A stretch of 60,292 bases of DNA from Octopus bimaculoides. Its lineage: Eukaryota. The position numbers were made by a program, and so were the translations under genes. The stretch's first letter is position 1. The number at the start of each line of letters is the position of its first letter. This document shows, in pieces, positions 37,258 through 49,164 of the stretch. The stretch spans positions 48,688,237 through 48,748,528 of the forward strand of contig NC_068994.1 in assembly GCF_001194135.2 (NCBI RefSeq), in the 5' to 3' direction. The notes below the pieces were generated by a model. It ran no database searches and was not told where the DNA came from. It saw nothing but the letters and a program-made list of their open reading frames with translations.

Positions 37258-38129
37258 TATATACATATATACGATGGGCTTCTTTAAGTTTCCATCTACC
37301 AAATCCACTCAAGGCTTTGGTCGGCTCGAGGCTATAGTAGAAGACACTTGCCCAAGGTGCCAACGCAGTGGGACTGAACCTGGAACCATGTGGATGGTAA
37401 GCAAGCTACTAACCACACAGCCACTCCTGCTACATTGATCCCAGTACTTCACTGGTATTTATTTTATCGACCCCCAAAAGAACGAATGGCAAAGGTTGAT
37501 CCCAGCAGCAATTGAGCACAGAACATGAAGTTGGAAGAAATGTCACTAAGTATTTTCCCCAGTATGCTAACAATTCTGCCAGCTCACTGCCTTAATAATA
37601 ATAACAATTCTTGCAAATAAATAAAAATCATTTTTTATTTAAATTGGCAAAAGGAGTTGCCTCTAATGGAAAAGCGAATATTAAAAGAAAAAAGTAGTGA
37701 TTTACTGCAGTTCGCATTTCTTTACAGTAGATACGCAAGTTTTTTAAAAAATGATAATTCTTCGGTTACTTTTCGAACTTTAAGCAAAATTCTCCAATAT
37801 TTGCACATTTTACGATGTTTTTGCAAATAAGCTATAAAGATAAAATTAGTAAAAACTATTTCCCTGTGCTGTGTAAAAATGGTTTTCATCCATCCTGAAA
37901 AAGTGCAAAAAAAAAGCTCAAGATAATTTCGTGGACCGTAAATGTCAGAAGTCACTAAGCCGCACTGCACAAAACTTTGATTTTTTTTCTTTTTTGCCGC
38001 AATAGACCATCACGAGTTTCTCAGGATTATTTTTCCTTTGCAATTTAATTATTTATGATCGTTACTGAGTATTACTATCAGACACTCAACTTTGATAACT
38101 TTGTAATAATATTTTGCTCCATCCTGCAA

Positions 38130-38272
38130 TACCAGCGTAAAGTAGGGGATTGCTCTAAAAGCAATAACAATAAGAACGGAATAAGCGGAGCAAGAGCACA
38201 CACGAAGGCGGAAAGTGTTGCTGAGGAGGGCACAGATGCGTGACGGAAGATTTCTGGACACTGGAGGTGAGT
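38130..38272. promoter_or_regulatory. Candidate (bidirectional) promoter / first-exon region
   Basis: Lies at the start of the CpG-retaining zone. Contains ETS-like CGGAA cores, TGACG (38241-38245), a consensus plus-strand donor GAG|GTGAGT (38266/38267) and a minus-strand donor CTG|GTATTG (38133/38132). Confidence 0.45.
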
Positions 38273-40989
38273 TAGAATAAGAACAGTAATAAACGAGCGA
38301 AGAACGAATGTATAGTGCGTGGGTTTATTTAGCAATTAAAAAAAAACCATTCCGAAATACAATGATAATGATTTCTTAAATAAGTAACGAAGATTTCTAA
38401 GGTCATGACCACAAAGTTTAAAGGAGGAGGTAAAGTCGATCAAATCCATCCGAGTACCTGACGTTAACGGGACTTGAACTCTCAGAAATGTTAACAAACA
38501 CATGGCTATGAAGAAGTTCTGAAATAAAGTTTTGAAGATTTAATGACGAATACGAATCACATAGGCTTCGATTCCTCATGCATTTATCAGTAGTGGCGGG
38601 AATATACTGTTTAGAGAAGAACACATGTAAACTTAAGCCTTTTTTCCTCCCTACCCAATAAACCTTAATACTTTCTTCGATTCCTCCCAAGTTCTCAAGG
38701 ACAGTGAGTGGCAAACGGGGGTGATCCAGGTTCAATACTGTGCAGTATTTAAGTACTTCTCAAGTACTAATCCTGCTAAGTTATGGGGTTAGAAATCAAA
38801 TACTTAAGTACCATGCAGGCACTAGTGTCGATTTAATCGATTAGTAACCCTTCTTCTCTACAAATCAATAGCGTGTTATGCATTTATGGCCGCGCGTTGA
38901 GATAACGCCACGTAGACTGCTAACTACTCCCTAGTTTCCGTCAAATTTCTCACTTCAACTTCCGAAATTTGTACGCACACGTCGATAGAAAGTTTTCGTA
39001 TTTTTCTCTTTCTAAAATTTCTAATCAATAAATATTACAAAGACCTATAAATTTTCAACATTTAAACACTCCCCCAGTTTGCTGGTTAAGTTCCAAAAAT
39101 ATTTCGGAATTTGCAAACTACAAGTATATGACTTCTTTTAATTTGCTGAATCCAGCGATTGCATTCTGACTATACTGATTGATCTATTTGTCGACTTCGG
39201 AAAGATAAAAATCCCTTCTAATGAGATTTGAACTCAAAACCACAGAGAAGGTAACCAAAAACCACGAAATCCGACGATTTACCATTTATTATCATTATTA
39301 TGTACAGAATTTAGTAAGCCGAAGAAGGAGCCTTTACATGGTCGATAAAAACGACTGAAATAGCAGCCAAATCTCTAATAAAACACCTATCAGTCTTTAA
39401 AAAGAAGAAATAGAGGATTTACTCCTTACGAGTGAAATTCTTTTTAATTATATAATCTGCTTGACCAGGGCCGAACTAGGATTAAATAACTACAGATGCT
39501 AGGACGATATTTAATAAAAATCAGTTGTCTGCTACATACTTAAGGTCTTGTGTCAAAGGGCAACAGGAATTTTAACCTTTCGGGCAGATTTCTCTGATGA
39601 AGAGACCTGACCAGTATACTAGAATCCAGCTCATCCAATGGTTTCATGAATTAATTTAAATTAGCAAACATCAAATGACTCGTTAGGCCTACCCCCAACC
39701 CCTCGCGAAAAACGCAAAAGCATACAGTTCACATTATGAGTAAAATGATTTAATATATAATTTAATTTAATATATAATTTAATTTAATATATATGTATGT
39801 AATCTCATAATATATCGACTAAATATTGTTTTAAAAAACAATAAATCGCAATTGATACATATTTCCCTTTTATTAATCTGTATTTTAAAGATAACCTTTT
39901 TTTTTTTTTACTTTCGACGGCAAATATTTTATAGCATTAACAAAAAACTGGTTAAAAAAAATAAGCAGCAGCTTTCAGTATCTGTTGGTTTTAAATGTTT
40001 AAAAAAATACAGGAGAATGTTAAAATCTTGGATAGCTGAGTATAGTTTCAAAATGATAAAAATAGAAAGAAACACGTGAAATACCTATATACGGAATCCA
40101 TTTCGTCTCCCATAGAAAATGAAACTAAAACGGTGCATCGATATTGCAGCATATTAAGTCGCCAATAACTTTTCTTCCGACAGAATACATTTACTCATCC
40201 TACTATAACGAGTCGAGATAAATAATTTCTCGAATTTTAAGATATTTTAAGTCATATTTTTGTATCTCTACTTAGACGGATGCATTATTTTTTTCTCTTT
40301 TAATTATAACGTAATTGTCTCCAAATATTAACAGAAAGCAGGTTTTAGTTACGTCCCTTTAAGTTTTGTATACGAATCCCTCAGATTTCAATTTCACTTT
40401 TTTTTTTTTTTTTTACTTCTTGGGTCTATAAAATAACTATCGACATTTGTGACCATCTACATTGTTAAAAATCCTCAGAAATTAAACAAATACCGATTGA
40501 CCTGCAATATATGTTTCGTTTTTTTTTATATTCTGGGTTCAAAACCCGCCGAGGTGAAGAATACCTTTCATACCCTCGCAATGCCCTCATACACACAGTA
40601 AATTTCAGGCCTAGTGTCTTAAGTTAGAAACAATCATTCAGTATTACTAGTATACCCGCGTCGTTAAAAATGACAACTTTATTAGTTATAGAGTATACCC
40701 GTTCAAAACGACTGGTGAATTTCTTATCGAAAATCTTCACACTTTATTTAATACTAAAATAGTACACTTCAATTTTATCTAAAACGCTATGAATGTGATA
40801 ATGCATGCCGCCGCCGAAAACGATGGGCTTCAACGGTAGATAAGTACAAAAGAGAGTTGTGCCGTCAAAAATGACAATTTTTCTTTTACATTTAACATAT
40901 TCAGCGAAACTGAATCTTGAAGAGCGCAGTAATTTAAGCCTAAACTCACTAATTTTCATCCAAACATCGATGCCTCAACTAGTATTTAT

Positions 40990-41040
40990 CAAACATATTT
41001 GACATTAAATAATCCGATTATTTAATGTGAAATATGTTTG
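40990..41040. repeat. 51-bp AT-rich palindrome (25-bp arms, 24/25 paired, 1-nt centre)
   Basis: caaacatatttgacattaaataatc-c-gattatttaatgtgaaatatgtttg; the only mismatch is G41001/G41029. Confidence 0.95.
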
Positions 41041-41370
41041 GCACTGGATGGGCGCCTCACAATTGACAGCCAGGTCGCCCTGGCGTGGAAACAGCAGAGT
41101 CGGTTAATCACAATTGTGAAGGCAATCTTCATAGGTTAGCCAACGTCGGGTGGCGCCTTCGGTATTCCAGCTACACGGAGCTGGTCAAGTTGCGTGCGGC
41201 TCGGTCGGCAGCAGAGACGAAATGAATGGGTGGCGGTCAAGCCTAGCGGCTGCTGATGGCGCCGCCTGCGCATAAGGGGCTTCCCGCAGGCCTTCCGGAA
41301 AGCTCTAATCCCTACGCATGTGTGAATGAAAATCTCAAAATAGTGACTGGAACCAGGTGTCACTACAAAA
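41041..41370. other. GC/CpG-rich multi-hairpin block of unknown nature (regulatory element or structured RNA)
   Basis: 39/60 GC at 41221-41280 in an AT-rich background; at least four hairpins plus a 12-bp palindrome; YY1-, NRF1- and ETS-like motifs; not one of the recurring repeat families in this window. Confidence 0.4.
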
Positions 41371-41949
41371 CTTTTAGACACCTCATAGTAAATGGTACTG
41401 AAACAGAGGCGACGAAAGGACTTTGATAAACCTCGCTAATTGATTAACTGACTGAACGATTAATCAAACAATTAGTTAATTGGTAAGCCAATTGACTAAT
41501 AATAACAAAGGAAGCGAAATAGAACCAGTGCGCGTGTTTTTTATGGGCATAATGATCCTCCCGAGAGGATCTATTTCAATGCACAAGTTCACATCTAGAC
41601 TCTTTAATGTGTGTATGCGTATGTGTGTGTGTGTGTGTGTGTGTGTGGTAGAAAAAAGATATTAGCGGATGCTGCAATTATCTTATCGATTAACTGGTAA
41701 ACTTAATTTCACCGAAACTAATAATGTTTAATATCCGATATGTTTTTAGACCAACACTGAATTAAATAAATAACTAAATAAATAAATAGATTTTCGTGTC
41801 AGCTATATAAATCGGAAAATGTCAAGCAATACATAACATGGCGCTCCCTTATAATAGGTTAAGATAAGTCGCTAGCGCCAAACTATTTCCTGTTTAACGG
41901 TTGAAAAAATTTCAACACAGTATCATTTAACGGAATTTGTTAGCTATGA

Positions 41950-42360
41950 TTGTTGCTGAATGCCACAACGATGACAAATGCTTGAGAACTCCTTCCAAAC
42001 AAGCCTTTATGTAGTCGCTTGATATTCTAAAAATAGCAGCAAAATCTCCCTCAAATCAAACACTGTCTTTGTAAAAGACGTTAGATAATACCGCTGAGTC
42101 TCCAGTACATAAGGAAACGACAGGATGATCACGGCCGGAATGCATTTGATAATAGATCTACTTGATAAGAACAGACCTGTCGAACGCTCCTCAACGCGGT
42201 GGCTCGACTTCTAGAAATAGCAGCGAAATATTCCTTAAATCACACCCCGCTGCCTGAGATAAGGAAAAGGGCATATTGGACAATATAGTCTTAAGTACGC
42301 CTAAAAATAAGGGATGGTCACGACTGGAAAGCTTTTGATCGTAGGTTTGCTTCATCAAAC
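41950..42360. repeat. Cluster of ~3 copies of interspersed repeat family D (aaatagcagccaaatctccctcaaatcacacc / ggatggtcatgactggaatgcctttgat)
   Basis: Same motifs recur at ~15210-15420, 23250-23720, 31370-31570, 34600-34800, 47870-48000, 55080-55250 and 57280-57420. Confidence 0.7.
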
Positions 42361-43494
42361 CTTACATGCTTCTAAACACATTGTGTGTGTGTGTGTGTGT
42401 CCCTTCTTTTGCGGGAGATTTATCTGGTATTCCTAACAAGGAGTGCATCCACGAAAAGGCATTGTGAAAGCGGCAGAAATAGATACGCCGGAATACGTTT
42501 ATGAAACTTCTAGTTTCGACCTTCAACTTCTTGAATTCAAAGGTTACTGGAGTCGCCTTTGTGCCTTTCACACTTCCAGTATTGATAACGTACGTGGTAC
42601 AAGTTATATAGGGTGAAAGAGAGTCGATTCAAAAGACTGCAAACAGATCTTTCTCATGCATTCACGGTCTTGTGTTTAACGTTAGAACTCAATATTGCAA
42701 TACTTGAATAATTTGTAGTTTAGAATCTTTGATTAAACGTTCGTGCTTCAATCATGAAACATATTGGAATCACTGAAAGACATCACTATACTTTCGCACA
42801 CTCCTACATCTCCACATCCGCTACACTACTATTCTACAATATACAGCACGCCTCACTGCACTGCATCCCTACATCATGCCGTAGTTCACAAATCTACCAA
42901 CGACGAATGAATGTAAGGGTCTGTATGCAATCGTCCTACCTTCTAGAAACAGCAGTCACATCTCGGCACAAATCATATCATGTCGTCTTTAACAAAATGT
43001 AAAAAAAAAAGGATGTATTGGATAATTCAGTTGTAAACAGTCTTAGATTAACAAACTGGAAATATTTTGATCACAGTTTTCCTCCAATAAGGTTTGACCT
43101 GGTGCTAAACAGCACAGCATCTGTGTAATTGTTCGATCTGCTTGAGAAAGCAACCAAATTACCCTCAGATATCACTCTACAGTACTTAGCTATATGATGC
43201 AATTTAGCTGGGTGCTGGTAGAGCACAATGATGGTACATGATAGCAAAATAATCGCACTATGTACAACCAAGCATGGTTTACCCGGCAGTTCTATATGGG
43301 CCAGCTAAAATTAACGTGGTCTTTTCAGGATTATTAGAAGCCAAGTTTTTAAGTTCATCTAAAGAGGTGTGTATCTTTGGTGACTATAATAAAATATATA
43401 AGTTTTGTTATTTATAGATACTGCAGAGTATTGTAATATATGCAGTTTTTTTCAGAAGCAGGGCTGATAATTCGAACGTGAAGTGTGTAGGAGG

Positions 43495-43692
43495 GATCAG
43501 GCGTCGAGTTGGCAGAATCGTTAGCATGCCAGGCAAAATGCTTGGCATTTCGTCTCTCTTTACGTTCTGAGTTCAAATGCCGCTGAGGTCGACTTTACTT
43601 TTTTTCCTTTCGGGGAGCACTAGGGGTCGATATAATCGACTTGCGCCTCGACTCCGAAATTGCTGGCCTTGTGCCAAAATTTGAAACCAATA
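43495..43692 (+). mobile_element. Family A SINE, plus orientation (others at ~46150-46340, 58830-58950, 59200-59385, 59530-59670)
   Basis: ggcgtcgagttggcagaatcgttagcatgccaggcaaaatgc...gagttcaaatgccgctgaggtcgactt. Confidence 0.8.
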
Positions 43693-46600
43693 TTTAGCAG
43701 AAGCAACAGAGTGACTCAAGGGCCAAGAGTTTCGAGCGTTAGTACTTATCAAACTAGCAGCTACAGATTGAGGAGTTGTGAATTTTGTGTTAGTAAACGA
43801 TATAATCTTTAACACGAATCAATGTTTCCCCACAGTGTTCTCGTTTGTCTTTGAATACACTTAAGCGACAGCTGTTCGTCACACGAATAAACGAAGTAGC
43901 GGTCAGTTAATAAAAAAAATAAAATAGACTTAATATATTTTTCATCTCAGATTCTCAGAAGAAGCTGAACTCACTCAGTCTTCCTCATGACTCAAAACCC
44001 ATTGATTATTTACTATCGTTTTTCCCAATTCACGTGTTCAATAAAATAATGGTGTTGGCGAATTGTCTCGCAGAATGTACACAAATGAGAAAGGAGGGCT
44101 AATGATAGTCAGTGAACAGCGGTCATGCTGCCCTTATCTCTCCATGAAGGGTTTTAAGTCGAACAAATCGATTCTAGTGCTTTTATTTTTTAATCTGGTA
44201 CTTGTTTTATCGGTTCCTTTTTTCAAAGCGCTAAGTTGCGGGGGGGGGGGGCGTAAACAAAGCAACACCATTGTCAGTCAGTGTGTGCGAGGGGCGAACA
44301 AACACACACACACGACGGCTTCTTTCAGTTTCCGTTTACCAAATTCACTCATAAGGCATTGATCAGCCTAGGTTATTGTAGAAGACACTTGCCGAATGTA
44401 CACTGCAGTGGAACTGATCCTGAAACCACGTTGTTGCAAAGTGCCACACAGCTATGCTTACGCCGAAATCACCCAGCCATGCCCTAATGAAAAAATATTT
44501 TGAACCATTTTTACCATAAATATTATAATGATCATATAATATAATATAATATAATATAATATATAGTCTAGTAATTCATTTTATATGGTGATACGTAAAG
44601 AGAATTTAAGGAACCTGTATTTCAAATTTTCTCTGGACGTCACTGTAATCAGGATGGTCTTTGAATTTTTTTTTTTTACTTATCGCAACATAATCCGTTA
44701 TGTATCTAGTTAAAATAAATATAATCTGGTTTACCATAAATCTAATACGGTTCCGTTGTATATGAACCACTACTTTAATATGTCAATCAATAAATAAACA
44801 AATAAAAAGTTATTCTCTGAAATCAGTTTTTTACTGTATTAATTAACTGTAACAAGTAGGAAATATATTCTAATTCGAGATATACTGTGTGTAGCAGAAA
44901 TACCTCCCAAGGGTGCAGAGACGTGATTGTGGTAAAAAAAAAAGTTTACTTGCTAACCATATGACTCTAGGTTCAGTTCCACTGCGTGGCACTTTGGGCA
45001 AGTGCCTTCTGCTATAACCTCGGGCCGACTAAAGCTTTGTGAGTAGATTTGGTAGACAGAAACTGAAAGAAGCCTGTCGTATATATATATATATTCTTTT
45101 ACTTGTTTCACTCATTTTAACTGCNNNNNNNNNNTATAAGTGTGTGTGTGTGTGTGTGACCACCGCTCGACGTCCCAGCAATATAACGGTTCGACAAAAG
45201 TAACAGGCTTTAAAAAAGATAAGCAGTGGGATCGATTCGTTCGATCAAAAAATCTCACAATAATTATTACTAATTATAAAATACTGAAAACAAGCCGACG
45301 TGTCACTGTCTGTTAGCATAAACTTACGAAAAATCGTTTACATTACATTAGCAGTTATACGGAGAGGTCACATTATCTCATTATAACTCCTTTCCTTGCA
45401 TATAACGCATACACGATAATGTCTTCCATTATTTAATGACAGTGTTATCTTTAAGAAATATATTTTTTAATTATCTAAATGAAAATTATCCTAGAAAGGT
45501 GAAAGGAATATTAAACTTTCACCCGCCTATCAGCTTTTCGCAATGAGTAAATGACAATAAGATTATAGCGGTGGTGCAGTTCTGGTGGCCGATAACGGTA
45601 ACACAAAACATCGTATTTAATGGCAATTCTCTTGACCAAAATATAAACACCTATATAGTTGATCTGAAAGAAGATAAAAATTAAACGCGGTTCTTATATA
45701 ACATAGTTTATATGTGATAAATTTATGGTTTCCTACTTTATTCCAGCATACTACCACGACATCGTATTTACATACACAAAAGCCATAATTCTTTTCCTTG
45801 CAAAAACCTCTTTAAATTATCTTTCAATAAATCTATGTTGAAACATTAAATCTGTCTTTCCCCTACAAAATATATATGTAAAATGGGGGCGCAGCTTATG
45901 CGAGAGTGCATCTTATACGCTGGCAAATCGGCATTTATTGATAATACACAAATGTAAAAACTGTTTTATTTAATTATATTTTAAGGTTATAATGGAGTCA
46001 AATCCTTCCGTGGTCAATTATGTTTTTCATCCTTTCGGAGTCGATAAAATAAAGAATCAGTCAAGTAGATTCTTGACTGATATCGACGATATGGACTAAC
46101 TCTTTACTACAAAATTACAGCATTGTGCCAAAGTTTGAAACTATTTTAAAAAAAGGTATTGGTTTAGTTAGCAGAATTGCTAGAGCGTCGAACAAAATGC
46201 TTTGCAGTATTTCTTCCGTTTTTGGGAGAGGGTTTACAGTCTGGTTTCAGTTACCGCCAAGGTCAACTTTGCCTTTCATCCTTGAGGGATCGATGAAATG
46301 AAGAACCAGTCAAGTACTGGATAAATGTAATCGACTAATCCCTCACCTAAAAATAAATGTTCCAGCATGACTGCAGCCGCATTGCTAAAACGAGTAAAAA
46401 GAAAAAAAATTGTTCGCGTTGTTCCAAAATTAGAAACAATTTCAAAGTGACAAATATTTCTCTTCTAAAAATCTGTATTCATTTCATCATCTAATATAAT
46501 AATGAGCGTAGTGTTTTTATATATTTGTCCAAAATCACGCAGTAAGAGTAAATGGTGAAGGGAGAGGAAAGAAAATAGTAATTCAGTGAAGGAGAAGTAG

Positions 46601-46982
46601 TGAGAGAAAGTAATAGCAACTAGAGAGAGGAAATGGTAAAGAGAACGTCGTGTATCTTCTACTGTAATAATCTACTATAATACTCTTGTGTATTTCTCCG
46701 ACACAACATCTGAATGAGAAAGGAAGGGGTGGTCCACCGATAGAAGTGGGAGAGTGAAAAGTCAACGGCGAAACAAAAATTCAAAAAAGCGCTTCAACTG
46801 TGTGTGAGTATATGTGTGTGCGTGTAAAATATATTTATATATTTGAGTGTATATGTGTTTGTGTATGTTTATTTAGAAAGATACATAGAAAACAGAATTA
46901 AAGACACGCGCTTCTACACATACATACATATACACGGTTTTCTATACTTTGTCACAGCCTGCTTCCGCCCTTTTTAAGTGTA

Positions 46983-47047
<65 letters not shown>

Positions 47048-47211
47048 ACACACTTAAAAAGAAAGGAAGCGGGCTGTGACAGAAAACCGCGTTCGCTACA
47101 TACAGACTGTGCTACTCATACATGTAAATGTACACACACACACAGAAAGTTGAAGCACTGATTTTCTTCACCTTTTCGTACCCCCCCCCCTTTTTTTTTA
47201 CATATATAAAT

Positions 47212-47254
47212 TCTACTATTAGCCGTCATTTTTGACGGCACGTGGTCAGCTAGT
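47212..47254 (+). mobile_element. Helitron-like 3' terminus (hairpin + CTAG|T)
   Basis: gccgtca-tttt-tgacggc (47222-47239), 10-nt spacer, CTAG at 47250-47253 followed by T; a related degenerate end lies on minus at ~40647-40676. Confidence 0.5.
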
Positions 47255-47336
47255 TTTATATAAATAGTAAAAAAATTCCCGAAAGCTAAATCATAATTAT
47301 TGTCTATGCCATATTTCCTGATATTCAAGTCCAGAG

Positions 47337-47682
47337 TTACCCGTCATATGACGGGTTTACCAACGAACCGGTACTCCGTTGGCCACGACGATGAGTGTTC
47401 CGGTTGATCCTATCAACGGAACAGCCTGCTCGTGAAACTTGCACCCAGGTGGCTGAGTACTCCACTGATACGCGTACCTTTAACGTATTTCTCAGGGAGA
47501 TAGATTCAGCGCGACGCAGAATCTGACAAGGCTGGCCCTTTGAATTACAGGTACAACTCATTTTTGCCAGCTGAGCGGACTTGAGAAACGTGAAATAAAA
47601 CAAGGACACAACACACCGCCGGAAATCGAACTCGTGACCTTACGATCGCGAGCCAAATACGCTAACCACTAAGCCACGCACC
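47337..47682 (-). mobile_element. tRNA-headed SINE (third family); related copies at ~8450-8765 and ~51320-51600
   Basis: Minus-strand head ggtgcgtggcttagtggttagcg...gagttcgatttcc (A and B boxes) runs into a non-tRNA body. Confidence 0.75.
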
Positions 47683-48947
47683 TTTCCCTATAGTTTGTTC
47701 ACTCTGGGAAGCATTAAAAGAGGTTTTGCTGTTCGTGTTATGAGACTGCAATACACGAATCACGATTTAGCAATAAGCTAAAGACTGACCTCATATTTTA
47801 TATTTTGCATGACGCAGGCTGATCTCTTTGAGCATTTTATTTTAAACAGAGCCTTTTAAGCCGTCAAATACGATACACTAATGCAATTAGTTCAAAGGAC
47901 ACGATGTCTCGATAAAAATACGGTATGATCCTGGCTGGAACACGTTTGATCACAGGTCTGTTGAATCAGGGCTGATTTAGGTCTGAATAACAACCTCTAC
48001 ATTGTATTAAAACAAGGATTGTCAACTGGGGGTATCTATACCGCTTGCTGTTATGGGAGCCAAAAGTCCGAAGGCGTCAAAGGTTGGGAGAATGGGTCAC
48101 GATGTTTCAATACGTTTTTCTATAAATAGATATGACGACATTCTCATGATTTGTTTTCTTTTCTACATCTCCATGTGGCTTGTATGGTAAGAGGTTTGTT
48201 TCCCATAACATGATTTCAGTTTCAGTTCCATTTTATGGCACTAAAGCCTCGGGCCTGCTAAAAAAAAAACCTGTGAGTGGATTTGGTAGACGGAAACTGA
48301 AAGAAGCTCGTCGTATGTGTGTGTGGATATATATACGAGCGTCATACTAATACATCCTTTTGTTATTTACACCACCTGTCCTCGTCTGTTGTTGTTTTTT
48401 CGTACATTCTCCCATATATATAATATATNNNNNNNNNNNNNNNNNNNNNNNNNNNNNNNNNNNNNNNNNNNNNNNNNNNNNNNNNNNNNNNNNNNNNNNN
48501 NNNNNNNNNNNNNNNNNNNNNNNNNNNNNNNNNNNNNNNNNNNNNNNNNNNNNNNNNNNNNNNNNNNNNNNNNNNNNNNNNNNNNNNNNNNNNNNNNNNN
48601 NNNNNNNNNNNNNNNNNNNNNNNNNNNNNNNNNNNNNNNNNNNNNNNNNNNNNNNNNNNNNNNNNNNNNNNNNNNNNNNNNNNNNNNNNNNNNNNNNNNN
48701 NNNNNNNNNNNNNNNNNNNNNNNNNNNNNNNNNNNNNNNNNNNNNNNNNNNNNNNNNNNNNNNNNNNNNNNNNNNNNNNNNNNNNNNNNNNNNNNNNNNN
48801 NNNNNNNNNNNNNNNNNNNNNNNNNNNNNNNNNNNNNNNNNNNNNNNNNNNNNNGTCTGCGAGTGTGTGTGTGATAACAGAACGTGTGTGTACGTATGTA
48901 TATGTGTGTGTGTGTGTGTGTGTGCATGGTTTGGTGGTTTATCTGTT

Positions 48948-48983
<36 letters not shown>

Positions 48984-49164
48984 ACGTAGTGGAAGAAATT
49001 AGTAGCAGGACTGGTTAGTGGACGCTGTAGACAGTGTAGGTAGAAGGTCAACAGGTGGTTATTTGGGTGTGTGTGTGTTCGTGTTTGTGTGGGGTTGTCG
49101 GTGTTAGGTATGTGTACGTGTGTGTGTGTATTTTGTATGTGCGCGTGTGTGTATGTGTATGTTT

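Noticed and set aside
41041-41330. Assignment as 7SK, SRP (7SL), RNase P/MRP or telomerase RNA
   Set aside because: Only short motif look-alikes in the wrong order or strand; the GGAAGGCCTG P4-like word pairs locally rather than with a distal CR-V; no exact CTAACCCTAA template; no oligo-T terminator.
45580-45935. Possible pogo-type MITE end (gtgcatcttatacgctggcaaatcgg)
   Set aside because: Only one degenerate terminus seen; no matching opposite TIR or TA TSD.
47605-47682. tRNA-like sequence (also 51540-51600 and 8690-8760)
   Set aside because: A and B boxes are present, but there is no complete acceptor stem and it continues into a SINE body: SINE heads, not tRNA genes.
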